IMG/VR virus record: IMGVR_UViG_3300005758_000086
Span: 1 to 47,679 of that record
Length of the DNA stretch: 47,679 bases
Strand: one strand, 5' to 3'
DNA from: a virus
Lineage: Duplodnaviria; Caudoviricetes
Made by a program: the position numbers and the translations under genes. This document shows, in pieces, positions 1-8,163 of the stretch. How positions within the stretch are numbered: position 1 is the stretch's first letter; each line of letters begins with the position of its first letter. The notes under the pieces were generated by a model, which saw nothing but the letters and a program-made list of their open reading frames with translations, did no database searches and had not been told where the DNA came from.

Positions 1-193
1 AATTCGGACATTTAGGACGACCCCCGGCCATGTCCGTTTTGCCCCTATTTAGGCAGTCATTTTAGTCAAAGAAAAAATATTTTTGGAAATGTCCGATTTG
101 ATAGCATTTCTAATTTGACTTTTTGAGATTTTCGTGCAAAAATAAGACTATAAGAAAGGTTGAGAAAGTCTCAATACTAGAAAGTAGGAAAAA

Positions 194-310
194 ATGGATA
201 ACATCAAAATCCAAGAAGTCTGGGATATGACCCCAGAGCAAACAAAAGCAGATTATGCGCTAATAGATGCGCTAATCGCAAAAGGTAACTATAAGAAAGT
301 AGGAAAATAA
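194..310 (+). CDS. small hypothetical protein (38 aa), not in ORF track
   Basis: ATG at 194 after AGTAGGAA; reads MDNIKIQEVWDMTPEQ...KKVGK to TAA; abuts the next ATG at 311. Confidence 0.55.
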   Translation: MDNIKIQEVWDMTPEQTKADYALIDALIAKGNYKKVGK

Positions 311-508
311 ATGAGTTACATCAATGATGAATTTAGATTTATGGATTACGATTTGCCATACGAGCGAAAGACTCGCGGGTATCAAGGTGATTTGCTACCT
401 GATTGGAAAAAGAAAGAAATTCGTGAGGGTATTGCTAGAGCAAAAGCAAAACTTTCTGCTATGACTCCAGAAGAGTTAGAAGCATTCAATAAGAGAATAG
501 GACTCTAA
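311..508 (+). CDS. hypothetical protein
   Basis: 65 aa ORF preceded by the same AGAAAGTAGGAAAA leader as the 194 ORF. Confidence 0.65.
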   Translation: MSYINDEFRFMDYDLPYERKTRGYQGDLLPDWKKKEIREGIARAKAKLSAMTPEELEAFNKRIGL

Positions 509-509
509 T

Positions 510-662
510 ATGAGCAATATGAAAACTATCTATATCGATTTAGTAGAGCGATATCCTCTACCATTACACAAGTATATGGAGGGTATTCCTGAATCACTAC
601 AGGAAGATGCGCTAGAACTATGGAAACAAAACCATAGTGCTGTTTGTGAGTGTTATATCTAA
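510..662 (+). CDS. small hypothetical protein (50 aa)
   Basis: Hand-translated MSNMKTIYIDLVERYPLP...AVCECYI; starts 1 nt after the previous stop. Confidence 0.5.
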   Translation: MSNMKTIYIDLVERYPLPLHKYMEGIPESLQEDALELWKQNHSAVCECYI

Positions 663-818
663 ACACTCACGATCTTGTGATCACAATACCCTATGCATAG
701 TGTGCTCACTAATTTTTTTGTTTTATTTTTTTATAATCACGTATCATACATCTTTAGAAAATATTCAGATTTTTACAAAATGAAAAATTTTTCAGATTTT
801 GCAGGGTATAATAGAACT

Positions 819-992
819 ATGCTCTGCCAACACATATACGAAGAAACTGAAGACTATATTTGTAGACATTGCGACCAGCCAACCCATAAAACAAAATGGC
901 TTGCTTGGAGACAAGAGCATAAGAAACATCAAAAGGCTATGAACGTATATAGCAGAGAATATGAAAATCCTACAGTTTGGTGGTCAATTTAA
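819..992 (+). CDS. small putative Zn-binding protein, leaderless start
   Basis: TATAAT (807-812) 6 nt before ATG 819; CxH...CxxC...H pattern; the ORF-track start at 693 runs through non-coding-looking T-tracts. Confidence 0.6.
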   Translation: MLCQHIYEETEDYICRHCDQPTHKTKWLAWRQEHKKHQKAMNVYSREYENPTVWWSI

Positions 993-1136
993 ATGGGTAT
1001 ATTAGATAACTTTGAAGCATGGGTAGATTTAGATAGTTTGGCAACAAAAGTTTTTAAAGAAGAGGTTTGCGATAATTGCGGGTGTAAAAGTGAGTCCAAT
1101 AGCACAGATCTATTATCTCCTAAAGACCCTAGATAA
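993..1136 (+). CDS. small hypothetical protein (47 aa)
   Basis: ATG directly after the previous stop; MGILDNFEAWVD...CDNCGC; overlaps the 1090 ORF. Confidence 0.45.
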   Translation: MGILDNFEAWVDLDSLATKVFKEEVCDNCGCKSESNSTDLLSPKDPR

Positions 1137-1287
1137 CCTTGAAATAAAAATTTCAGAATTGCAGATAGCCAAACAAATCGAAGACGATGCATATGGCAAT
1201 CTATGGTATGAAGAGAAAATTGACGAGGCACAAAAGAAACTAAGTCGAACCAAACACCTACTAATAGAATTGGTTAAAGAACTATAA
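1090..1287 (+). CDS. hypothetical coiled-coil protein
   Basis: 65 aa helical ORF; TAATG coupling to the next gene. Confidence 0.5.
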   Translation: MSPIAQIYYLLKTLDNLEIKISELQIAKQIEDDAYGNLWYEEKIDEAQKKLSRTKHLLIELVKEL

Positions 1288-1481
1288 TGACTCCAGAAAA
1301 AGCATTCAATATACTAAAAAATGAAACTTTGTTATTTTGCGATAATATGCTAGAACTTAACAAAGATAATGATCAGGTTATTATTGATAAAAGAATATTT
1401 AAGAATTTTAGATGGTTTGTAACCTTACAAGAATTATCCACTGACGATTCGCTTGGTAGCACTAGCAGCGATTCTAGGTAG
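1287..1481 (+). CDS. hypothetical protein
   Basis: TAATG-coupled 64 aa ORF. Confidence 0.5.
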   Translation: MTPEKAFNILKNETLLFCDNMLELNKDNDQVIIDKRIFKNFRWFVTLQELSTDDSLGSTSSDSR

Positions 1482-1613
1482 TTTTTTATAGTTTGTTTTT
1501 AATTCTTCTTCAATTTCGGACGGGGAGAGACCTCTCTTTTTGGCATTTGCAATAATCTGTTTTTCAAACTCTTCTATTATTATTGCCATAATAACCTTTG
1601 GATCGGTAATCAT
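1434..1613 (-). CDS. small hypothetical protein (59 aa), not in ORF track
   Basis: MITDPKVIMAIIIEEFEKQ...KRIVSG; TAATG-coupled to the oxygenase stop. Confidence 0.6.
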   Translation of the reverse strand: MITDPKVIMAIIIEEFEKQIIANAKKRGLSPSEIEEELKTNYKKLPRIAASATKRIVSG

Positions 1614-2275
1614 TAATATCGTGGAAAGTTCTTTTTAGATCCTATTAGTAGTATATCTTGGTATTTCTTTATGTAGTCATTGCAGATTGCATCCATTTGG
1701 TCCCGAAATTCTTCAGTGATCTTTTCTGGATTTGGTGTTTCATAATTCTTTAATGCAGATGCTTGGAATAGAATGATGTCATAGAAGTCGCCTTCTTTAA
1801 AATCATAATCTGGTCTCCAATGTGGTTGATGAGTTCCCGTGAAAAATACTGCTCTGTTTCTCTTCATAGGTATTTTTTCATCCAACACATAGAAATCCCA
1901 ATCAATGTTTGCCTCAAGTTGTACATTGCAATAATACCCAGTAAAGATTTCTGATCTATCACAATGTGGCAATAATGATGGCGGGTGCTCGCTTTCTAGT
2001 GAATACCTTGCCCAAAGTCCACCTGATGGTGAAGAAGGCTCTTCAATCAATCTAGTTACATTTTTTTCAAATTTGTTTTTTGCTACCTGTGGAATTTCTT
2101 TTCCATTCATCATAGCAATAAATCCATTAGATGGGTTCTTGTTAAACTCTTGCCACTTATCTCCGCTTTCAGCAATACCTTTATCCATTTTTTCGTTAAC
2201 CATTGCATAAATAATTTCAATTTCTTCTTCAGTAAAGAAATCATCAATGATCACTGGGCCTATAATTTTGGACAT
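1613..2275 (-). CDS. 2OG-Fe(II) oxygenase
   Basis: N-terminal IIDDFFTEEE, HxD (PHCD), distal His (QPHWR). Confidence 0.75.
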   Translation of the reverse strand: MSKIIGPVIIDDFFTEEEIEIIYAMVNEKMDKGIAESGDKWQEFNKNPSNGFIAMMNGKEIPQVAKNKFEKNVTRLIEEPSSPSGGLWARYSLESEHPPSLLPHCDRSEIFTGYYCNVQLEANIDWDFYVLDEKIPMKRNRAVFFTGTHQPHWRPDYDFKEGDFYDIILFQASALKNYETPNPEKITEEFRDQMDAICNDYIKKYQDILLIGSKKNFPRY

Positions 2276-2276
2276 A

Positions 2277-2438
2277 TTACCACTTCCCTATTGGACAACT
2301 GTTTCTTTCGTAATCCACCTTTAATATCATACCACATCCACACTTTTTACATGTCATGGTGTTCTTGCGAAGCGCAGGACAGTCCATGCAAATTTTTAAA
2401 CGGGATTTACCAAGTTCTGTTTTAGGTTCTTCTACCAC
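2277..2438 (-). CDS. six-Cys small protein (DUF6171-like), 53 aa, not in ORF track
   Basis: GTG start; RLKICMDCP...TCKKCGCGM...SCPIGKW; clear paralog of 7915..8163. Confidence 0.8.
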   Translation of the reverse strand: MVEEPKTELGKSRLKICMDCPALRKNTMTCKKCGCGMILKVDYERNSCPIGKW

Positions 2439-3205
2439 TCTACTTCATCCTTATATGTAACACTATATTCGCCACCGTATACTTCCGCATATGACATGAT
2501 ATCTTTATTATATCTTATACAGGTTGTTTTATCTATCAGGCCTGTTTGATATTTATATCCACGGGTAAGTTCCTCAAAAGCAAACTTCCAGGGACCTTCT
2601 TTTAGCAATGCACTATTCATGCCATTCATATACTTTTCTTTTCCAAGTCGTCTAGAAACAAAACCTTGCTTACCCTCCATATAATCCATATGTTTTTCCA
2701 CAGAATTGTGGATATCATTGTTCATAACAAATTGTGTTTGTGGACAATCCATCAATATTGACCAATGTTGCATGTTTTCGCTATAATCGACTTTGTTTTT
2801 GTAAGTCGAATCTGCGTATGCCATGCGTAGGTTGTCATCAAGGGATGTTTGAGGCTCTATTGCGAACGCGAGAAGAAAACACGTTGCGAATGGAAACTTT
2901 TGATTGTATTGCTTGACCTTGTAATGCGTATTTGGATTAAACGATTCGACTGAAATATTGTCTTCCATAAGTCGCATGTGATTTCCGATTGATACATAGT
3001 CTGGAGAGTTCATATCGCAGTCAACGAATAGACAGTCCTTTGGATCTATACCGTCAGCGAGAAGTAAAAGATTTTTATCGTATGTACCAACCACTGACGA
3101 GCCATTATATTTCCACAATAACTTTGCCGACATAAAGCCATCAACATCTGGCGAGACTATTAACTTTTTAGAGTACGCAATGGTATCCAGAATTTCTTTT
3201 TGCAA
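2432..3205 (-). CDS. putative DHH-like phosphoesterase
   Basis: SPDVDG (DxDG) motif, LFVDCD, IGNH at the DHH position; AGGAG upstream of the TTG start. Confidence 0.45.
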   Translation of the reverse strand: MQKEILDTIAYSKKLIVSPDVDGFMSAKLLWKYNGSSVVGTYDKNLLLLADGIDPKDCLFVDCDMNSPDYVSIGNHMRLMEDNISVESFNPNTHYKVKQYNQKFPFATCFLLAFAIEPQTSLDDNLRMAYADSTYKNKVDYSENMQHWSILMDCPQTQFVMNNDIHNSVEKHMDYMEGKQGFVSRRLGKEKYMNGMNSALLKEGPWKFAFEELTRGYKYQTGLIDKTTCIRYNKDIMSYAEVYGGEYSVTYKDEVEW

Positions 3206-3239
3206 AACACTCCTAAAAATGTGTTAGAATAAAACTACT

Positions 3240-3434
3240 ATGTCAGTCCAAGATTGGTTAGGCCTAACTCTTACAGCGCTATCAATTGTAGCACTTATCA
3301 CTGGAGGAATCAAGTGGCTTGTAAAACATTATCTTTCTGAACTCCGCCCAAATTCTGGATCAAGTTTAAAAGATCAGGTCAATAGACTTGAGGAACGTGT
3401 TAATTCTATTTACGATCATTTGCTAAATAAGTAA
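3240..3434 (+). CDS. holin-like membrane protein
   Basis: One N-terminal hydrophobic helix, then ELRPNSGSSLKDQVNRLE coiled coil; TGTTAGAAT upstream. Confidence 0.5.
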   Translation: MSVQDWLGLTLTALSIVALITGGIKWLVKHYLSELRPNSGSSLKDQVNRLEERVNSIYDHLLNK

Positions 3435-3436
3435 TC

Positions 3437-3518
3437 TATATATATAATATATATTTATATAGAGTATATTATATATAATAACTATAATATATATCTTTTA
3501 TATAATATATATATTTAT
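3437..3518. repeat. TA-rich intergenic tract with direct and inverted repeats
   Basis: TATAATATATAT three times; TATATATAATATA / TATATTATATATA inverted pair; almost no G or C. Confidence 0.85.
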
Positions 3519-3545
3519 TGTAGCAGAGTTTTTTAGGTTTGTCAA
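3517..3545 (-). promoter_or_regulatory. sigma70-type promoter TTGACA-N14-TGC-TACAAT
   Basis: Consensus -35, 17 nt spacer, extended -10; spacer nearly identical to that of the nrdJ promoter. Confidence 0.7.
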
Positions 3546-3594
3546 GTTTCCTATCCCTGGCTAGAAAAATTGATTATTGTGTTATAATTTTAGT

Positions 3595-3978
3595 ATGTGC
3601 GGAACATCATCAATTAATCAAGTTGGCGCAGATCCAATCAATATTAAATGGAAGGTCGTCAGAGGCGATACTGCCACCCTAAGAGTAGATTTTTTAGAAG
3701 ATGACGAAGCAACAGCAATAGACATAGATGATTGGACATTTTCATCTACTTGCTATGATGGATCTGGAGATATTCTTGATGAATTAACAGTTACAGCGTA
3801 TACTGGCTATGTTGTTATAACTGCGTCCCCATCAGTTACTGAAAATTGGGGGAGTGGATATAGAAATATTGTTGCAGATTTACCTTTTGACTTACAAATA
3901 GATACTGGTGATGATGTAATTTGGACACCAATTATTGGAACAATTACTGTTCAAGGGGATGTTTCTCCAGGATTATGA
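3595..3978 (+). CDS. virion structural protein, BppU-N-like beta-sandwich (GDT motif)
   Basis: WKVVRGDTATLRVDF; paralog of 4832 and 9862; leaderless ATG 6 nt after TGTTATAAT. Confidence 0.55.
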   Translation: MCGTSSINQVGADPINIKWKVVRGDTATLRVDFLEDDEATAIDIDDWTFSSTCYDGSGDILDELTVTAYTGYVVITASPSVTENWGSGYRNIVADLPFDLQIDTGDDVIWTPIIGTITVQGDVSPGL

Positions 3979-4064
3979 TAATTAAAATAACATCTCCAGA
4001 AGTTACACCAGCAAAAGTTATAAAGATTAATGATAAAGTCTTTATAATTAAAACTGGTGAATGA
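3975..4064 (+). CDS. 29 aa micro-protein
   Basis: [29 protein letters not shown]; ATGA overlaps at both ends and fills the gap exactly. Confidence 0.55.
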   Translation: MIIKITSPEVTPAKVIKINDKVFIIKTGE

Positions 4065-4816
4065 TGAGCGTTAGCCGTAAAGCAGAAATTCCTGGCAGAC
4101 CAAATTTAAAAAATTCTTATGCTGAAGCAGTTATGGAGTCTGTTTCAAAAGGCATACAAGGCGATATGGGGCCTCAAGGTCCTCAAGGGCCACAGGGACC
4201 TCAAGGACCAAAAGGAGATGCTGGAGATAGAGGTCCAAAAGGCGAAAAAGGAGATCCTGGAAGAGTTGGTCCACAAGGTCCAAAAGGTGAAAAGGGAGAT
4301 CGTGGACCAAAAGGTGATTCTGGACAAAACGCCACTCCATTATCTGGACAAATGCCAGGGTGGGCACATTATGAAAATTTAAATCAAACACCACTACCAT
4401 TAGGATTATCTAGAGGTAAGGATGGTTGGGTAAGCATGATAATTGATGCAGAAGGAAAAAATACATCTAATGAGTTTTTACCAGAAATGACTGCACAGTT
4501 ATGGAATCCAAATACACAACGATTTAATTTTAAGGGTTTGTCTATTGGGGCGTATGTTCAAATAACTTATAATTTTGAATTAACTACATACATGAATAAT
4601 ACCGAACTATGGGTAAAAACAACCTTTCCATTATCAAACATGTCATTTTCACAGTTTGTAGCAAATCTTAAATATCAATATACATACGATTTTTCTGTAA
4701 TGCAAACAATTTTTATCGCTAATAATAAAATGAAAACAGAGGGGGCCATACCAGAAATCAGAACTGACTATGATTCAGAGGTTAAAATAAAATCTATATC
4801 AGTTCACGTTTCTTAG
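4061..4816 (+). CDS. collagen-like fibre protein
   Basis: 20 consecutive Gly-X-Y triplets (4151-4330), then a beta-rich C-terminal domain. Confidence 0.85.
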   Translation: MMSVSRKAEIPGRPNLKNSYAEAVMESVSKGIQGDMGPQGPQGPQGPQGPKGDAGDRGPKGEKGDPGRVGPQGPKGEKGDRGPKGDSGQNATPLSGQMPGWAHYENLNQTPLPLGLSRGKDGWVSMIIDAEGKNTSNEFLPEMTAQLWNPNTQRFNFKGLSIGAYVQITYNFELTTYMNNTELWVKTTFPLSNMSFSQFVANLKYQYTYDFSVMQTIFIANNKMKTEGAIPEIRTDYDSEVKIKSISVHVS

Positions 4817-4831
4817 TGGTATAATAAATCT

Positions 4832-5176
4832 ATGGCATTTCCAGCAACCTATAATTTTGAGTATTATGCAGGCGATACTTATCAGTTTGTTATCCGTCCT
4901 AAAAATTCTGATGGTACAGCATTTGATCTAACTGGATATAGTGCCGACTTTACAATAGCAACAGCAAGAGGTTCAGGTGCAACACAATATGAGGCTGATG
5001 TTACTGTTAATACTTCAACAGATATTTTAACTTGCACAATATCGTCAACATTGGGAGAAACTATTCCAGCAGATGCCACATATGTTTATGATGTTCAAAT
5101 CAACAATGCCTCAAGTATTGTTCATACTTTATTGACTGGAACAATAACAGTAACTGAACAAGTTACAGGTGCATAA
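4832..5176 (+). CDS. virion structural protein, GDT beta-sandwich paralog
   Basis: YYAGDTYQFVI...YVYDVQI...LLTGTITVTEQVT; leaderless. Confidence 0.6.
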   Translation: MAFPATYNFEYYAGDTYQFVIRPKNSDGTAFDLTGYSADFTIATARGSGATQYEADVTVNTSTDILTCTISSTLGETIPADATYVYDVQINNASSIVHTLLTGTITVTEQVTGA

Positions 5177-5733
5177 TGCCAGAAGTTTTAGTTAGCAACG
5201 ATGATATTACAGTCCTTGGTCCACCAGAAGTCATTGAAATATTGACAGATTTTGGTGCCACTGGACAAAGAGGCAGCCAAGTGTTTGTTGGTTTAGGAAA
5301 TCCAAATTCAGTTTCAATAGGACAAACTCCAGAACTAAATGATTTATATATCAATACATCTCCAGGTTCTAATTATGGTTATATGTATCAATATATGGTT
5401 CAACCAGGCGGGGAGACTTGGGTAGAAGTATTAAAAATATCACCAACAATTTATTCAAGCATTAATGAAACAACTTACGTAAGTGGAGATGTTTCAATTA
5501 GCATTCCTATTATAAATATAACATCAGAAACAGGTTTATCGGCAGATAATTTTTGCATTAGATATAGTACAGTTCATACAAACCCAGTAGCCACTTCTAT
5601 GGAGATCCCTGCTCTTGTTGGAGATGAAGATACATTAGTTATTAATTTACATTCTGCAGAATTTAATGGTACAACGTGGTCTGCTCTTTCTGGAACCGTT
5701 ACAACCCATTTATTTATATCAATTGTGGTATAA
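5176..5733 (+). CDS. putative structural protein
   Basis: TAATG-coupled; GATGQRGS...NDLYIN fibre-type motif. Confidence 0.55.
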   Translation: MPEVLVSNDDITVLGPPEVIEILTDFGATGQRGSQVFVGLGNPNSVSIGQTPELNDLYINTSPGSNYGYMYQYMVQPGGETWVEVLKISPTIYSSINETTYVSGDVSISIPIINITSETGLSADNFCIRYSTVHTNPVATSMEIPALVGDEDTLVINLHSAEFNGTTWSALSGTVTTHLFISIVV

Positions 5734-5756
5734 TTCAAAGTGGGTGATAATTAAAA

Positions 5757-6788
5757 ATGGCTGATTCTATTGGTAGTGTGTACCCTGCCTCAATACCAGA
5801 TTATGAAGATTCTGCAGATATAAAGGCTGCGTTACGTTTATATCATTATGGAAGTGAAACAGCACCAGTTTCAGAGGCTGGAGTAGCAGCAGAATCTGTT
5901 GCAGGATATTTAATAGATTTACAAGATCAAATAGATGTTTTAGATTCTCAAACAGCCATTGAGCCAACCATTGTAGATGCTAAAGGCGACCTGATTGTTG
6001 GAAGCGCATCCGATACAGTAGATAACCTTGCGGTAGGAACAAATAATCAGATTTTAATTGCAGATTCAGCAGCAACACTCGGAGTAAAATGGGGAGATGC
6101 AACAAGTGTTGTTTCCCTTGGATCGACCTCTGCTGCAGGAAAATTACAATTAACAGATTCAACATCAAGTACTTCAACAACAACAGCAGCAACTCCAAAT
6201 TCTGTTAAGGCAGCATATGATTTAGCAAATGGCGCAGTTCAAACATCTAGTGTCAATGCAAATCTTATAACTTTTTTTGCAACTCCATCATCTGCAAATT
6301 TAGCAAGTGCAGTAAGCGATGAAACTGGTTCAGGTGCTTTAGTTTTTGGAACATCTCCATCAATTACAACTGCAACAATGACAAGACCAGTTTTTATTTC
6401 ACCACAAGAAAGATTTAATATTTCTGCAACAGCAGCAACTAGCACAATAAATTTTAATGCTTTAACATCAGCAGTATTATATTATACTTCAAATGCAAGT
6501 GGTAATTTTGTTATCAATTTAAGAGGCGATGGAAGCACAACTTTAAATTCACTCATGACTACTGGAGATGCTATGACGGTTGTATTTTTAAATACAAACG
6601 GAGGAACGGCATATTACAATACCTCAGTTCAGATTGATGGAACAACAAGCGGAGTAACTACAAAGTGGCAGGGAGGAACAGCACCTTCGTCTGGAAATAC
6701 TAGTTCAATTGACTCTTATTCGTATACAGTTATTAAAACAGCGAATGCGACATTTACAGTTCTAGCCTCACAGACAAAGTTTGCTTAA
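5757..6788 (+). CDS. tail fibre protein
   Basis: DAKGDLIVG and TTTAATPNSVKAAYDLA fibre repeats; C-terminal KWQGGTAP...IDSYSYTVIKT domain. Confidence 0.75.
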   Translation: MADSIGSVYPASIPDYEDSADIKAALRLYHYGSETAPVSEAGVAAESVAGYLIDLQDQIDVLDSQTAIEPTIVDAKGDLIVGSASDTVDNLAVGTNNQILIADSAATLGVKWGDATSVVSLGSTSAAGKLQLTDSTSSTSTTTAATPNSVKAAYDLANGAVQTSSVNANLITFFATPSSANLASAVSDETGSGALVFGTSPSITTATMTRPVFISPQERFNISATAATSTINFNALTSAVLYYTSNASGNFVINLRGDGSTTLNSLMTTGDAMTVVFLNTNGGTAYYNTSVQIDGTTSGVTTKWQGGTAPSSGNTSSIDSYSYTVIKTANATFTVLASQTKFA

Positions 6789-6794
6789 AAACTA

Positions 6795-7646
6795 ATGCCA
6801 ATTCTTTCATCTTTAGCAGCAGCATCAGCCAAGGCTTATGGAATGATGGCTAATGCATTAAGAATTATTAGTGATAGTTTTAATAGATCAAACGGATCTT
6901 TAGGTTCAACAGAAACTGGAGAGCCATGGCAATTAACAAGAGGAACATGGTCAATTTCTTCTAATGCAGCATCATCTACTGATTCTGGTGATTCATATCC
7001 AATGGCAACTGTTAACACAAATAAAACAGATATAACTGCATCAGTTAAAACAACAGATAATGGATTAGGAATTGCTTTTTGGGTAACTGATGCAAATTCA
7101 TGGTGGGCATCAACAACTTATGCAAGTTCTTCAACATCTTGTGATACCTGTTATCAAACTTGCTATCAAACTTGTTATCAGACTTGTTATCAAACTTGTT
7201 ATTCTTGTGATTACGGTCTTGTTTCTGGTTCAACATGCGTAGATCCTGAGACACTACAGCCTATTGGTCCAGCAACACCATATAACTGTAATCCATATAA
7301 TTGTAATCCTTATAACTGCAATCCTTATTCTTGTAATCCATATTCTTGTAATTGTGTTACAAGTTATTCTTATAATTTAAGAATTATAAAGTCAGACCTT
7401 GGAACAGTAACAACTCCAACCTCTGACATATCATTGCCATCATCTCCTGCAGCAATGTATGTATCAACATCTAACAATACAATAACTGCAAAAGCGTATT
7501 CTGACACATCTATGACAACACAAATTGGTTCTACAATGTCATATACTCCTACAAGCCCAACTAAAGGAACAAGGATCGGAATATTTAAAAGTCCTGTTGC
7601 ATATAATCAAGGAACAACCCTTGATGATTTTTCAGCAACAGTATAA
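6795..7646 (+). CDS. putative fibre-tip/receptor-binding protein with Cys-repeat insertion
   Basis: Lectin-like beta-sandwich (DSFNRSNGSLG...GTRIGIF...DDFSA) interrupted by CYQT and YNCNP repeats. Confidence 0.65.
   Translation: MPILSSLAAASAKAYGMMANALRIISDSFNRSNGSLGSTETGEPWQLTRGTWSISSNAASSTDSGDSYPMATVNTNKTDITASVKTTDNGLGIAFWVTDANSWWASTTYASSSTSCDTCYQTCYQTCYQTCYQTCYSCDYGLVSGSTCVDPETLQPIGPATPYNCNPYNCNPYNCNPYSCNPYSCNCVTSYSYNLRIIKSDLGTVTTPTSDISLPSSPAAMYVSTSNNTITAKAYSDTSMTTQIGSTMSYTPTSPTKGTRIGIFKSPVAYNQGTTLDDFSATV
7140..7355 (+). repeat. coding tandem repeats (CYQT)x4 and (Y[N/S]CN[P/C])x5
   Basis: 12-nt units at 7149-7196 and 15-nt units at 7281-7355, with synonymous variation. Confidence 0.95.
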
Positions 7647-7672
7647 TAGTGTATAATGATAAAGGAGGAATA

Positions 7673-7906
7673 ATGTCAGAAATAAATCCAGAAACACAAG
7701 AAGTTTTAAATGCTTTGCCTTTGCCACCAGTGCACATAGCATTGGTTATTGAAGATGAAGTTGTAGATATCATTCATGCAAACGATAGGCTTGGATCAAT
7801 ATTTTTAAGTAATCCTACTATTGTAGATATCAGCGATAATCTAGATAATGTTAAAGTTGGATATATTTATAATTCTGCTACAGAACAATTTTCAGAACCA
7901 TCTTAG
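7673..7906 (+). CDS. small protein, possible fibre assembly chaperone
   Basis: AGGAGG SD before ATG 7673; C-terminal VKVGYIYN...F motif typical of small fibre-associated proteins. Confidence 0.55.
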   Translation: MSEINPETQEVLNALPLPPVHIALVIEDEVVDIIHANDRLGSIFLSNPTIVDISDNLDNVKVGYIYNSATEQFSEPS

Positions 7907-7914
7907 GATAACTG

Positions 7915-8163
7915 ATGTCTAATAAAAGTAGATGGCAAATTTGGAAAGAGTCACAGGCTCAAGTTAAGCCATGGGACATTTTTAATCCAGAAAATAACGT
8001 TGGCAAGTCAACTCAAGAACAAAGATATTTGATATGCCTATCTTGTCCAGAATTAATTCAAGCAACAAAAACATGCAAACTTTGTGGATGTTTTATGAAT
8101 CAAAAAACAAAGTTGAAGATGGCTTCGTGTCCAATAGGAAAGTGGGATTCTGCAAATGAATAA
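7915..8163 (+). CDS. six-Cys small protein (DUF6171-like)
   Basis: RYLICLSCP...TCKLCGCFM...SCPIGKW. Confidence 0.75.
   Translation: MSNKSRWQIWKESQAQVKPWDIFNPENNVGKSTQEQRYLICLSCPELIQATKTCKLCGCFMNQKTKLKMASCPIGKWDSANE

Noticed and set aside
693-818. ORF-track N-terminal extensions (also 3577, 7649, 9492, 9572, 10212, 27277, 46823)
   Set aside because: They run through promoter or SD sequence or the upstream gene; downstream ATGs fit better
4119-4400. Overlapping and antisense ORFs across the collagen, fibre, portal and tape measure genes
   Set aside because: Shadow frames caused by repeats and codon bias, with no start signals or motifs
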